DNA from: Candidatus Bathyarchaeota archaeon
GTDB lineage: Archaea > Thermoproteota > Bathyarchaeia > Bathyarchaeales > Bathycorpusculaceae
Assembly: GCA_963775685.1 (NCBI GenBank)
Contig: CAVZJV010000014.1
Coordinates: 2,403,401 to 2,467,400, forward strand
Direction of reading: 5' to 3'
Length of the DNA: 64,000 bases
Of this stretch, positions 22,112-33,430 are shown in pieces (the first letter of the stretch is position 1; each line of letters opens with the position of its first letter). A program made the translations under genes and the position numbers. The notes beneath the pieces were generated by a model, which searched no databases, was not told the DNA's origin, and saw nothing but the letters and a program-made list of their open reading frames with translations.

Positions 22112-22447
22112 TTGAAAACTAAACTATTATTGCTCGTAATCCTTCCGCTATTGCTTCTGCCGCTCATGGGAGTGGCAGCTGCACTAACAATCGACACCGT
22201 TCAAAATCAAACTACGACAACAACTGGACAATTTGACAGAGTCGGTATTGCAATCAGTGCGGCATTAGCAATTGGCTTACCTGGTCTTGGTGCAGGGCTT
22301 GCCATTTCTGCTGCTGGTAGTGCTGCAATTAGTGCCTTAGCTGAAAAACCTGAAACGTTCTTTAGAAGTTTCTTGATTGTGGCGTTGGCGGAAGCGTTGG
22401 CAATTTACGGTTTGATTATGGGTATTCTTCTCTGGCTGAAGCTATAG
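22112..22447 (+). CDS. atpK: A-type ATP synthase proteolipid subunit K (c), single hairpin with N-terminal signal-like peptide
   Basis: GLPGLGAGLAI ... AEKPE ... ALAEALAIYGLI containing the ion-binding Glu. Confidence 0.95.
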   Translation: MKTKLLLLVILPLLLLPLMGVAAALTIDTVQNQTTTTTGQFDRVGIAISAALAIGLPGLGAGLAISAAGSAAISALAEKPETFFRSFLIVALAEALAIYGLIMGILLWLKL

Positions 22448-22696
22448 AAGAGATCCCTTTTATAGTCGGATTGGTGCTGGTAGAAACCAGTTTATCCCTT
22501 TTTAGTTTCTGTTACCCTAATGGTGGCAGATTAAGAACTTTAAGTGTACCCAGAACAGATAGCAGTTAAATGTTGTTGAGGCCACTTCTGATTTGGCAGT
22601 AGAAGCTTTTGGTTAATCCGTTTTAATTTTTCTCCACATTTCTGTGGTATTCAATAAGCGTTAAATAATACCTTGAAATAAGACAGCGAAGGCGAC

Positions 22697-23008
22697 ATGA
22701 TGGATAAATGGGCTGATTACTTAGTCTCTGCGGTAAAAACAAACCCTGACCAAAAATATATTGACTCTGTAGAATGTCATTCGGACTTTGGTTGTGTAGT
22801 TTGTGAGAACATCATAATTTCCAGGTCTGAACTAATATCAAACATAAAGAAGGGGTGCACCTACACTACAGTTTTTAGGACTGCCATTGGCAAATGGCGT
22901 AAAGGCCAAGAGGTGCATCTAATAAATGTGGACGGTACCGACTTCCTTAGAACTGACTCAAAAAACACTGCCGCTTCCGATAACTTTGACGATATTCCAG
23001 AGTTTTAG
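22697..23008 (+). CDS. DUF3892-like protein
   Basis: WADYLVSAV N-terminus and FLRTD...DNFDDIPEF C-terminus match my recollection of DUF3892. Confidence 0.7.
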   Translation: MMDKWADYLVSAVKTNPDQKYIDSVECHSDFGCVVCENIIISRSELISNIKKGCTYTTVFRTAIGKWRKGQEVHLINVDGTDFLRTDSKNTAASDNFDDIPEF

Positions 23009-23178
23009 GGTTGAAGCTCTTTAGAGATTTTGGGTGCGGTATTGAATGAGGCATTGGCGATTTACTGATTAATCCTTGGATTATCTTGCTCTGGCTAAAA
23101 TTGTACGGTTTTGGTCTCCAGAAACGTTTTATGCTAACCCTTATAGGGTACCTGCGACTAGGCAGATATTGACGGAAC

Positions 23179-24537
23179 TTGTCGCTCTTCAAAGGAAAAT
23201 TTTTTCAAGCTCGAACAATACTGCTCTTACTTTGTTTTTCGCTATTTCTGATTGTTTTGGGAGGTTTTCTTTCTTCTTCGGCGGCAACTAACTCGGCGAC
23301 GTCAACTCAGTCTGTGGTGGCAGGGGATGTGGTTATGGTTGTGGATTTTAGTGTTCAAGTGGATCCAGGGTCTGCCACATTTATGTCTCGTGTTGCTAGC
23401 ACTGCGCAGAGTCAAAACGCGGCAGCTATCCTTATAGAGATGAATACGCCCGGCGGCTTGTTGAGCGATATGATTTCGATTGTTAGCTCAATTACTACTG
23501 CGAATCAGTCTGGTATCCCAACTTACACATTCATTGTGCCAAACGGTTTAGGCGCGTCCGCAGGCAGCTATATTGCAATGGCGACTAACCAGATATTGAT
23601 GGCGCCAGGTAGCGAGATTGGTCCTAGCACCCCTATTGTGGTTGGGGGATCTGCGCTGGAGCAAAATCACACTCAAGCTGTCATGCTTGACTACATGACG
23701 AGCCTCGCGGAAAGGTGGGGCCGAAACACCACTGCTATCTACAATATGGTTCAATATAATGAGGCATTCTCGGCTAACGAGGCGGTTGCAGTGCATGTTG
23801 CTGATGGAACTGCCGATTCATTTTCCGCGGCTCTTAGCCAACTTGGGTTGTCGAATAATCCTCAGGAAAAGCTCGTGGAGAACCTCTATGAACAGATAAT
23901 TAGCGCATTAAGCAACACTATTCTTGACGGTATCCTCATATTGTTGGGTATTGTAGCCATTGTTCTTGACATTTATCATCCCATGATTGTTTTAACCGTT
24001 GTAGGTGTTATAGCTATTGTTGCTGGGTTAATCGGCGCTGAAGTGATTGACGCGTCAATACTTGGGCTTGTCATTTTGGTGCTCGCCGCGGCTTTGATTA
24101 TTTTGGAGTTGAAGCTTGGTCACGGTTTCGCGTTAATGGCAGGCGTGGTATTGGGTGCATTTGGTATATATTATCTGTCTTTTGGTCTGCAATACGCGCC
24201 TTCGCCCATAACGGAGCTCGTGGAAATAGAGCTCGGGCTACTTGTTGTCTTCGGGGTGCTCATTGGTTTGTATATTCGTTGGATAATTGGGCCACTGAGG
24301 CGAAAAAACAAACTCACTGGTCCGGAAGCCATGAAGGGCAAAACAGGCTTAACGGTAACGGATCTCACTCCGAAAGGGGAAGTTCGAGTTCAAGGCGAAA
24401 TCTGGAGAGCTGAATCCATTTCAGGTAATATTGTAAAGGGGGATCAAATCATCGTTAAAACTCTAAAAGGGCTCGTTGTTATAGTTGAAAAAGCCCCACT
24501 TCCTGAGGAAAAGATACATGCGGACCCTGCAGCTTAG
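23179..24537 (+). CDS. nfeD: Long-form NfeD (ClpP-class membrane serine protease domain, TM region, OB fold)
   Basis: IEMNTPGGL, GASAGSYI, MAPGSEIG, TM segments, C-terminal GEVRVQGEIWRAES. Confidence 0.9.
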   Translation: MSLFKGKFFQARTILLLLCFSLFLIVLGGFLSSSAATNSATSTQSVVAGDVVMVVDFSVQVDPGSATFMSRVASTAQSQNAAAILIEMNTPGGLLSDMISIVSSITTANQSGIPTYTFIVPNGLGASAGSYIAMATNQILMAPGSEIGPSTPIVVGGSALEQNHTQAVMLDYMTSLAERWGRNTTAIYNMVQYNEAFSANEAVAVHVADGTADSFSAALSQLGLSNNPQEKLVENLYEQIISALSNTILDGILILLGIVAIVLDIYHPMIVLTVVGVIAIVAGLIGAEVIDASILGLVILVLAAALIILELKLGHGFALMAGVVLGAFGIYYLSFGLQYAPSPITELVEIELGLLVVFGVLIGLYIRWIIGPLRRKNKLTGPEAMKGKTGLTVTDLTPKGEVRVQGEIWRAESISGNIVKGDQIIVKTLKGLVVIVEKAPLPEEKIHADPAA

Positions 24538-24843
24538 CTTACAATATAATGGGCTGTCGGCAGGAGGTTATTAGCTCTAACTCGTTGTTACACATGCTAT
24601 GCTACAACATAACCTTAAAAGCGTATCTTAAATTTGATGGAACGCACATTGGGTACACAAGCCTGCGCATACTTGCTTACTTCTTTGATACACTTAAGAT
24701 TAAGTGACTGTAACAACACACCTACAAGATATGCTGTGAACCCTTGGAAATTAGCTTTTTTCCTCTTGAATTCTTATGGATGCATTGGTTTCAGCAAGCT
24801 TTACATTGTGGGCTATTCTTAATTTAAGGTAAGGTGAAACCGA

Positions 24844-25071
24844 ATGGTAGTTCCTTTCTATATGCTGCTTAGAACCAGAGTGGGGCAATCTAAAAATGTT
24901 GTTCATGCAACTCTCAAGATTGAAGGCGTAAAAGTATCCCATTCCGTTATGGGCAATTATGACGTTATACTCTACGGAGAAGGAAAAGACATCGAAGACG
25001 TACGACGCATTCGCGACGCTGTATTTGAAATTGATGGCATAACTATATCGGAAACAGTAGTGCACGCTTGA
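24844..25071 (+). CDS. Stand-alone Lrp/AsnC ligand-binding (RAM) domain protein
   Basis: IEGVKVSHSVMGNYDVI ... IDGITISET pattern, no HTH. Confidence 0.8.
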   Translation: MVVPFYMLLRTRVGQSKNVVHATLKIEGVKVSHSVMGNYDVILYGEGKDIEDVRRIRDAVFEIDGITISETVVHA

Positions 25072-25236
25072 TTTTTTTTATCCAATTTTTTTCAGATCAT
25101 AAACTACCTATTTTAACATAACCTTTTAAACCCTGATTATAGAGGGTAAAAATTGGGTGATGTGTATAGTCTCCAGGAAATTTCATTTAAAACTAATATT
25201 CGCATCTAAATTAATTAATGCACGGGGATTATTGAG

Positions 25237-25914
25237 TTGAAGAGCTTCAAGGGGGTCTTAGTGATTGGGGAAAGAAATATTTTTGGTGAATTATCTCAGA
25301 TTATCTCCATTGCCGCCCAGGTCAACCTCATTTTGAAAGCCATGTTCAAGAACTGCTGTAACAGTCAAGCGTTAACAGAGAACATGCATGCCGTCCGAGC
25401 TCTCGAGAAGAAGTCGGATGAAATCGCTTTCAGACTCAACGAGGATATAACGTCTGGAGCAATCAGCCCCAACCTAATCGACGACCTCATCGAAAGTACC
25501 CACTTAGCTGATAACATAGTGGATCTTATATTTTATTTGAGCCGAGAACTCAGCCGTATGGCTAAAGTTAACATAACAGATCCCTCGGCGGCTCAACAGG
25601 AGGTTGAGTGGGCTGAAATTTACTTACAAATGCTTGCCCTCGTTGACCGATCACTTCCGAAACTGCAATCGATGCTATCCAATAGCAACGTTCCAAATAT
25701 TATACAGTTACGAAAAGAAATTGAAGCCATAGAAGAACAAGGCGACGACGTCAAGGATGCCGGGTTCGATAAACTCTACTCAAAGGCTTCTGGAATGCAT
25801 TTTCTCCATTTTTACCATTACAGTGAAATGCTGCATAAATCCGATGATATCTTAGACACTTGCGAAGATTTCTCTGATATAATCGTGTCGATAGTCACAT
25901 CTATTCTCAAGTGA
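25237..25914 (+). CDS. DUF47 / PhoU-like phosphate transport regulator
   Basis: Repeated LEKKSDEI / IEEQGDDV and DDILDTCED metal-binding helices. Overlaps the Pit gene. Confidence 0.85.
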   Translation: MKSFKGVLVIGERNIFGELSQIISIAAQVNLILKAMFKNCCNSQALTENMHAVRALEKKSDEIAFRLNEDITSGAISPNLIDDLIESTHLADNIVDLIFYLSRELSRMAKVNITDPSAAQQEVEWAEIYLQMLALVDRSLPKLQSMLSNSNVPNIIQLRKEIEAIEEQGDDVKDAGFDKLYSKASGMHFLHFYHYSEMLHKSDDILDTCEDFSDIIVSIVTSILK

Positions 25915-26831
25915 GTCTAAATATGATGTTGTTGTCTGTTGCTCTTCTAATTTTGGTGTTTGTAGCGGTAATGTTGGTAGCAGGCAACAACTTGTCAGCT
26001 TGTGTGGGTCCTTCCATAGGCTCAAGAATAGTTACAAAACGGTTCGGCGTACTTGTGGGTGCAACAGGCTTTTCTGTTGGATTGCTGGCTCAAGGTTCAG
26101 CTATGATGCAGTCGGTTGGTACCTTACTTCCTAATGCTTCGCCTGAGTTAAGGGCGGAAGCTTTGCTGGTGGCAATTACAGTCTTTGTTATAGCCTACAG
26201 GATTCGGGTACCCATGTCGCTGAACATGTCGCTGGTGGGACTTCTTGCAGGCTTGTCAATTGCTGGGAATTCCCGCTCGACTGGTTTGTTTGTAGTTGAA
26301 GTAGTTTTAACCTGGATTGCTGTTCCACTAATAGCGCTTGCAGTAGCATTTTTTCTAATTCGCTTCTTAAATAGGGAGTGGCCAACAAACTTTTGGCATC
26401 GCCTTCAAACCTACAAGATTCTGATTGTAGTAGCGTCATTCACAACAGCCTATGTAACCGGAGCCAACACACTGGGAATGATAGTTGCAACAGAAGGATT
26501 TGATTTAGCATCAGTTTTAGTCGCCATCGCTGCAATTTTCGTCGGATCTTTTTTCCTCAGCGAAGGCGCCATAAGAAGAGTTTCAGAAGAATTCTTTCTG
26601 ATGCGTTATGCAAATGCGACTGTGACACTAATAACTTCAACAATTCTAGTGGAAGCAGCCACAATTTTCAACATTCCCCTATCCATAACCCAAACAACTT
26701 CAATAGGCGTCCTCGGAGCAGGGTTATCTTACCGAACACGATTTGTTTCGGCAAAACCGTTCTTAAAAATTGTAGCCGGCTGGGTAATTGCTCCCTTGTT
26801 GAGTTTTGCCATCGGTTTACTTATCGGTTAA
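25911..26831 (+). CDS. Inorganic phosphate transporter, PiT family
   Basis: Hydrophobic, with GNNLSA and GANTLG signature variants, PMSL / PLSITQT, GWVIAP. Confidence 0.85.
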   Translation: MSLNMMLLSVALLILVFVAVMLVAGNNLSACVGPSIGSRIVTKRFGVLVGATGFSVGLLAQGSAMMQSVGTLLPNASPELRAEALLVAITVFVIAYRIRVPMSLNMSLVGLLAGLSIAGNSRSTGLFVVEVVLTWIAVPLIALAVAFFLIRFLNREWPTNFWHRLQTYKILIVVASFTTAYVTGANTLGMIVATEGFDLASVLVAIAAIFVGSFFLSEGAIRRVSEEFFLMRYANATVTLITSTILVEAATIFNIPLSITQTTSIGVLGAGLSYRTRFVSAKPFLKIVAGWVIAPLLSFAIGLLIG

Positions 26832-26968
26832 TCGTCGAGTGTTTCGCTCATAGGTTTGCCGCAGCACCAAGGTGCCTTCTCCACATTACGTTTGGCATCG
26901 CCTGTGCAGGACACTTCAAATTCGTTTCGCGTTTTGCGACCGCATACAGTACACTCAAACAATGGCAA
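26828..26968 (-). CDS. 46-aa desulforedoxin-like (CxxC...CCGxPM) metal-binding microprotein
   Basis: Manual translation from TTG at 26968: MPLFECTVCGRKTRNEFEVSCTGDAKRNVEKAPWCCGKPMSETLDD*. Below the ORF-track size cut-off. Confidence 0.7.
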   Translation of the reverse strand: MPLFECTVCGRKTRNEFEVSCTGDAKRNVEKAPWCCGKPMSETLDD

Positions 26969-27186
26969 TACAAAGCCTCAACTCGTGTAACTGAAAGGTT
27001 TTATAAAAAATTTCTGCTTAGCGATGCAACAATTGACGAAGAAGTAACAAATACCGTCAGGCTTGCCAAAAAACTGATTTGCAAAGTTATCGCCATAACG
27101 GTAGTAAATCAAGCGAAAAAGCCTTTGTCATTACGTTTTTATTTGTTGAACCCAATAAAATTTGATGAGGGTTTGAGAAAGGAGAG

Positions 27187-27259
27187 AAAGGTTAACTTAA
27201 ACGCAAGCGAATTCAGGAAGAGAGAGGGGAACACTTCGCCTGCATTTAAGCTAACCTTT
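27187..27259 (-). ncRNA. Candidate structured RNA: 25-bp hairpin with a 23-nt pyrimidine-rich loop
   Basis: Arms at 27187-27211 and 27235-27259. All three mismatches are A.C on + and G.U on the - strand. TATA-like TTATTTAT on the - strand about 30 nt upstream. Confidence 0.45.
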
Positions 27260-27593
27260 TCTGTATTCTATACTGAGAGTCTTTGAACCATAAATAATGA
27301 TGTGATTGTGCCTATACAGCAACAAGTTAGATTTGATGATGCCGAATTGGTTAGTTTTTGGATTTATGCGGGAGCAGGTCTTGTGAAGTGCAAAATGGTG
27401 TTTGAGTCGTATTTTTCCTGATTACCGACTTGCTTTTCCATAACCTTTCCGTTACCAAAAAAACCTTTTCCTGCAATAAGAAGGTCTAAAAAACGATAAA
27501 AAACTATAAAATAATCTTGAATTATTTATCCAATACATCACAACCTCATCGATGTTACATTTAACCGGATTTAGTTATCTTTGTGAGGGTGGA

Positions 27594-27610
27594 AAAGAAA
27601 TGTTTATATC
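27594..27610 (+). promoter_or_regulatory. Probable rRNA promoter (BRE + TATA)
   Basis: AAAGAAATGTTTATATC upstream of a GC-rich structured leader and the 16S gene. Confidence 0.55.
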
Positions 27611-27790
27611 AGTTGACTAGGCTTCTGTTAGAATTCAGCTATAATTGCTAACCCCGCAATTTTCACATGGCGGCGGCTCAACCCCTACCGAAACGGCGAT
27701 TACGCCTTGCAGGAATGACGGAGTTGGCCTCCAGTTGTGGGGACAAAAAATAGGAAATGTAGACCTGACTAATTGCTCAGTTAGGTCTGA

Positions 27791-27835
27791 ATTGGGCTTT
27801 GACGTATAATTTGTGGAGAATGTTTCTCCCTCCAA
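27791..27835 (+). other. 5' arm of the pre-16S processing stem (pairs with 29448-29505)
   Basis: ATTGGGCTTTGACGT (27791-27805) is the exact reverse complement of ACGTCAAAGCCCAAT (29491-29505). Further pairings: TTGTGG/CCACAA, AATGT/ACATT, TTCTCC/GGAGAA, CTCCAA/TTGGAG. Confidence 0.75.
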
Positions 27836-27927
27836 ATCCAGTTAGGCACAAAAATGCGAAAAGTGCAGAACGTACCACACAAAAAACATGATAGTAAGAA
27901 TCCGCAGAAATCAAAACGGAGTGCATA

Positions 27928-29422
<1,495 letters not shown>

Positions 29423-30427
29423 AAGTAAAAAGCATGTATGTGCTTAATTGGAGGAGCAAGGAGAATACATTAGAGCAGGCCACAAAGGTCACGTCAAAGC
29501 CCAATAACATTAGCAATATAGCTCCGAACCTCGGGTTGCAAACATAATCTTTTCTCTTTTAATCCTTAAGAGATTAAGCTGTTCTGTTGAAATCTAATTA
29601 AGACCTTTTTTAGTTTCCTGGATGTTTTATTTGTTTTCCTTAAAGAAACAAGAGAATTAGTACTATTCCAGTTTCGATTGGAGCCGAATAGCCTCAGGAT
29701 TACCGTGATTTGATAGTTTATTAATATTAAGATAAAATGTCGCATATTTTCAGTATTTTTTAATTGCTTCGGTTTTTTGGGACCATGCATTACAAAGAAG
29801 CTTGGATAAGGAAAATGAAATTTTTTGTAGAATTGCTTTCTCGTTGTCTATTCTAGGAAAGGCAATCGGTGCCATGATATGCCATTTTTAGAGAATGACT
29901 TAAAACCGATTGTCTTTAAGAATCGAATTAAACTTGGAAACTTACTAGAGCGTCGCCCAAATTCTTGACATCATTTTTTAATAAAGTGGGTTAAGGCTTA
30001 TGAGGGGGGGGTTCATTCTTTTACATTCCAAGAAATAATACCGTGAGGGTCAGAAAAGATAAGTAACCCTGCGAGTTCTGAAAAATCCTCCAATCGCAGG
30101 AATCATGCGGTGCAATCACATTATCATCTAGTTTTGGCCATAGTTTAGCGATATTATCTTCGTTCTGGTTGACAACCTGCCAATAGTGAGGATCTTAAAA
30201 AGGTCGCCAACATTGGAGGGACAGCAGTTAGTTTTCCAAATTACAATTAATAATTTAGTTTCTGCTTCTTGTTGTGTTCATAATAGTTTACTGTGTGCCA
30301 TGAATCTCTTCAGTAGATGTTTTCCTTTATTCACTGGGTTAGAACTTTTTAGGAAATCACTTATATGTTAGGGTTAAGTCTTATTTGGTTCGCCTTCGCT
30401 GTCTTAAGTAATAGGTGCGGTTGTTTG

Positions 30428-30886
30428 ATGGTTAAAGTTTTTGTTTTTTACGATTCAAAGTATGGGAACACGAAGCTTTGTGCGGAGAAGCTTGCGGAGG
30501 GTTTGCGTGGTGGAGGTGCGGAGGTTGATTTGGGTTACGTTAAAGTAGTCAGCCCAGAGCACGCCCTGGATTACGATTGGATCGTTTTAGGTGCTCCAAA
30601 CCACATGGGTCGACCCAGCCAAACCATGAAGAAATTTGTCAATCGTCTGTCGGAGCTTGGGCTAAGGGGCAAAAAAGTCGCTGTTTTCGGAACTTACTCG
30701 GGGAAAGTGAAGTCGCGTGATAGGGCGGTTAGGAAGATGGAGGGGATGGTGCAGGAGAAATTGTCCAACTTGACTCTGGTTTCGTCCTCACTGTCGGTTA
30801 GGGTGAAAGGGGTGTCGGGTCCAATAATGGAGGGGGAGTTGTCTCGATGCGTGGATTTTGGCAAAACCCTCCTTGCCCAGGTATAA
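30428..30886 (+). CDS. Flavodoxin-like protein
   Basis: YDSKYGNTK FMN-phosphate loop, LGAPNHMG, AVFGTY. ATG at 30428. Confidence 0.88.
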   Translation: MVKVFVFYDSKYGNTKLCAEKLAEGLRGGGAEVDLGYVKVVSPEHALDYDWIVLGAPNHMGRPSQTMKKFVNRLSELGLRGKKVAVFGTYSGKVKSRDRAVRKMEGMVQEKLSNLTLVSSSLSVRVKGVSGPIMEGELSRCVDFGKTLLAQV

Positions 30887-30970
30887 AATTTTTTCTTCCT
30901 ATCAGAAAGCGTAAACTCCAAAACAGAAAAAGTTAAAACCAACCAAAAAGAATAGTAAGTTAGTGATTTC

Positions 30971-31399
30971 ATGCAGTTTTTTACGGTTACAGACCAATCC
31001 AGCATTAAACATAAAGTTCTAATCGTACCCTTAAACCAGAAAGAAATGACTCAGCTTGTGGGTCAATGCACAAAATGTATGCCCTCCATCTCGGTTTCCT
31101 CGGTTGTCCAAATTGGGCATCCTTATGTGGTTGTAGATTTCAGTGGTGGCACATGGAAAACAGCCATTGCGTTAGATGAGGAGTCAGAGGATGGCCATAA
31201 AGTAGGCGAAGAGTTGGAGGTGGGAGATGTTTTGAATGTGATTTTAACATCCGAACCCAAAGCTCTTCGGGTGGCAGGCGAAAAGGTTTATATGAACGTG
31301 CCCCTTGAAAGCGTATTGGCATTTAGTTTCTTATACACTACCGACATCGCAGAAAACTATGCGCTCTTCAAGATGATTAAGCAGCCTAAAGGCGAGTAA
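30971..31399 (+). CDS. Hypothetical protein
   Basis: 142-aa ORF with ATG and plausible composition. No recognised motif. Confidence 0.6.
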   Translation: MQFFTVTDQSSIKHKVLIVPLNQKEMTQLVGQCTKCMPSISVSSVVQIGHPYVVVDFSGGTWKTAIALDEESEDGHKVGEELEVGDVLNVILTSEPKALRVAGEKVYMNVPLESVLAFSFLYTTDIAENYALFKMIKQPKGE

Positions 31400-31406
31400 G
31401 GCGGCT

Positions 31407-32057
31407 TTAGTGCAGGTAACGCAAAAACCAGTCAATCGAGACCTTTGCAACCTGTTCTAGAGTGCCAGCCTCTTCAAAAAGATGAGTTGCGCCAGGTATA
31501 ATTACTATCTTCTTTTCGTTTGTCATTTGATCCATAGCAAGACGGTTTAGCTCAATCACTTCAACATCCAAACCGCCCACTAACAGCAGAGTCGGCGCCG
31601 CCACGTTTGGAAGATATTTTCCTGCAAGGTCAGGGCGTCCGCCGCGCGAAACCACTGCCACGATGTCGTTTGGCAATATAGCAGCTGCAATCAAAGCCGC
31701 AGCCGCACCTGTACTTGCCCCGAAATATCCAAAAGTTAACCTCTTAGTTAAGGGGTCATTTCTAAGCCACTCAGTTGCCCCAATAAGGCGTTGAGCGAGT
31801 AGAGCGATGTTAAAACGGTACTCTGCAGTTACTACGTCCGTTTCTTCCTCTTCTGCCGTGAGCAGATCAAAGAGTAATGTGGCGATTTTTGATTTATTGA
31901 ATTCTTTGGCGACGTATTGGTTTCTGGGGCTGAATCGGCTGCTACCGCTGCCATGAGCAAACAAAACGACTCCTTTGGTGCCAGGTGGCATTGTCAAAGT
32001 GCCCTCAACTGTGAAGTTGTCAACTGGAATTTTCATGTCGGTTTGGTTATGGATCAT
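31407..32057 (-). CDS. Dienelactone hydrolase-family alpha/beta hydrolase
   Basis: FAHGSGSSRFSPRN, GYFGASTGA nucleophile elbow, VSRGGRPDL, GATHLFEE. Confidence 0.9.
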   Translation of the reverse strand: MIHNQTDMKIPVDNFTVEGTLTMPPGTKGVVLFAHGSGSSRFSPRNQYVAKEFNKSKIATLLFDLLTAEEEETDVVTAEYRFNIALLAQRLIGATEWLRNDPLTKRLTFGYFGASTGAAAALIAAAILPNDIVAVVSRGGRPDLAGKYLPNVAAPTLLLVGGLDVEVIELNRLAMDQMTNEKKIVIIPGATHLFEEAGTLEQVAKVSIDWFLRYLH

Positions 32058-32725
32058 AAAACAACCTCTCTTTTGGATTTTTCCAAATTTTTATGCTTAT
32101 TTTCTCGTAGTAACTCGATGACTTCCTCATCTTCGGTTTGGCTAAAGTCGCTATAGAATTGTCCGATAGCTTGGAAGAACTCGGGGGTGTAGAGGCAAAC
32201 TACGCGGTTCGCCATCTTCTCTAGCTCCTCGATGGTTGAGGGTGGACCAATTGGAACAGCAACAGTCACGCTGGCTGCTCCTCGGTTTTTCACCGATGCT
32301 AAAGCCGCTTTTACTGTAGAGCCCGTGGCGATTCCATCATCGACAACGATTACATCTAGTTCCTTCACGTCTGGGTAGCCTGCGTCTTGTCGGTAGAGTT
32401 TTAGTCTACGATGGATTTCCTGTTTTTGCCGCTCTGTTTCTTCTTTTATGTACTGGGGATTAACGCCCAAGTAGCTAACCAGATTTTTGTCAAGGATTGC
32501 AGTTCCGTCCTCAGCTACCGCGCCAATAGCCAGTTCAGGGTTGTTGGGGGAACCAAGTTTGCGCGGTATAATCACATCCAAAGGCAAGTTAAGTGCATTA
32601 GCAATCTCATTGCCTACCACCACTCCGCCGCGGGGAATCGCCAAAACAATCCCCTTTCCCTTAAAATCTCTCAGAGCCCAAGCTAGCTTTTTGCCCGCGT
32701 CAACTCGGTCAGTAAAATATGCCAT
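32054..32725 (-). CDS. Phosphoribosyltransferase-family protein
   Basis: FTDRVDAG, LAIPRGG, PRPP-binding VIVVDDGIATGST, AIGQFYSDFSQ. Confidence 0.92.
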   Translation of the reverse strand: MAYFTDRVDAGKKLAWALRDFKGKGIVLAIPRGGVVVGNEIANALNLPLDVIIPRKLGSPNNPELAIGAVAEDGTAILDKNLVSYLGVNPQYIKEETERQKQEIHRRLKLYRQDAGYPDVKELDVIVVDDGIATGSTVKAALASVKNRGAASVTVAVPIGPPSTIEELEKMANRVVCLYTPEFFQAIGQFYSDFSQTEDEEVIELLRENKHKNLEKSKREVVL

Positions 32726-33430
32726 TTGTATTCCTCAAAAATCGCTGACTTAATAATAAGTGAATTTGGATATAAAAGGTGGTTGTTGATTTCTGCGTCT
32801 GTTTTTCTTTGCGGTGTTTGTTTTTGATGAGTCAAGAAACGGGACTAAGCAAATAGCAATTTAGTCGATAAACCTTGACAAACCCTTTTACCGCAAGTAA
32901 TTTTGCAAACTATCATGTATCAGCTCGAGAGCCTGACAGCTTGATGTTTGCTGTCTATTCTATTATAGCCAGATTTTCAGCGGCTATAGTTAACTTGAGG
33001 GCGAGTTAGGGAACAAAGATTCAAAGACTACTTTCTTGCAATTCCAAATATGAGACCTAAAAGATTGGTGTAACTGATGCTTCCTTTGATTTCTCTTCAT
33101 AGCCTGTCTAATCAAAAGATACTCATCTTCCATCGAAGCACAGTAAATATTACTGGGCAGGGAACGACTTTTAATGCAGGATTAAATATCTTTAATTATT
33201 TTTTCGGGCGTTTTTCTATTCAACTTAACCATCCATCCAGTAATGGAACATAAGGAACAGACGCTTCAAAACAAATCTATGAGTGAGGGTTCATTGAGGC
33301 TTGGGACTTTGTTCGTCGATCAAAAAGAGACGATTAGCCTGGCATTTACCATGAAGGTATGGTTGTCAATGGACTCCAACACCTGTCTAGACAAACTCGC
33401 CATAAAATATTGACGGAATTTTTCAAGAAT

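Noticed and set aside
29423-30360. Genes or RNAs in the AT-rich stretch after the 16S gene
   Set aside because: Only short ORFs without motifs, and no tRNA or 23S signature. Possibly decayed sequence, but I cannot support a call.
32726-33430. Small ORFs or a pseudogene in the 700-bp intergenic gap
   Set aside because: The fragments are interrupted by stops and match no family I recognise.
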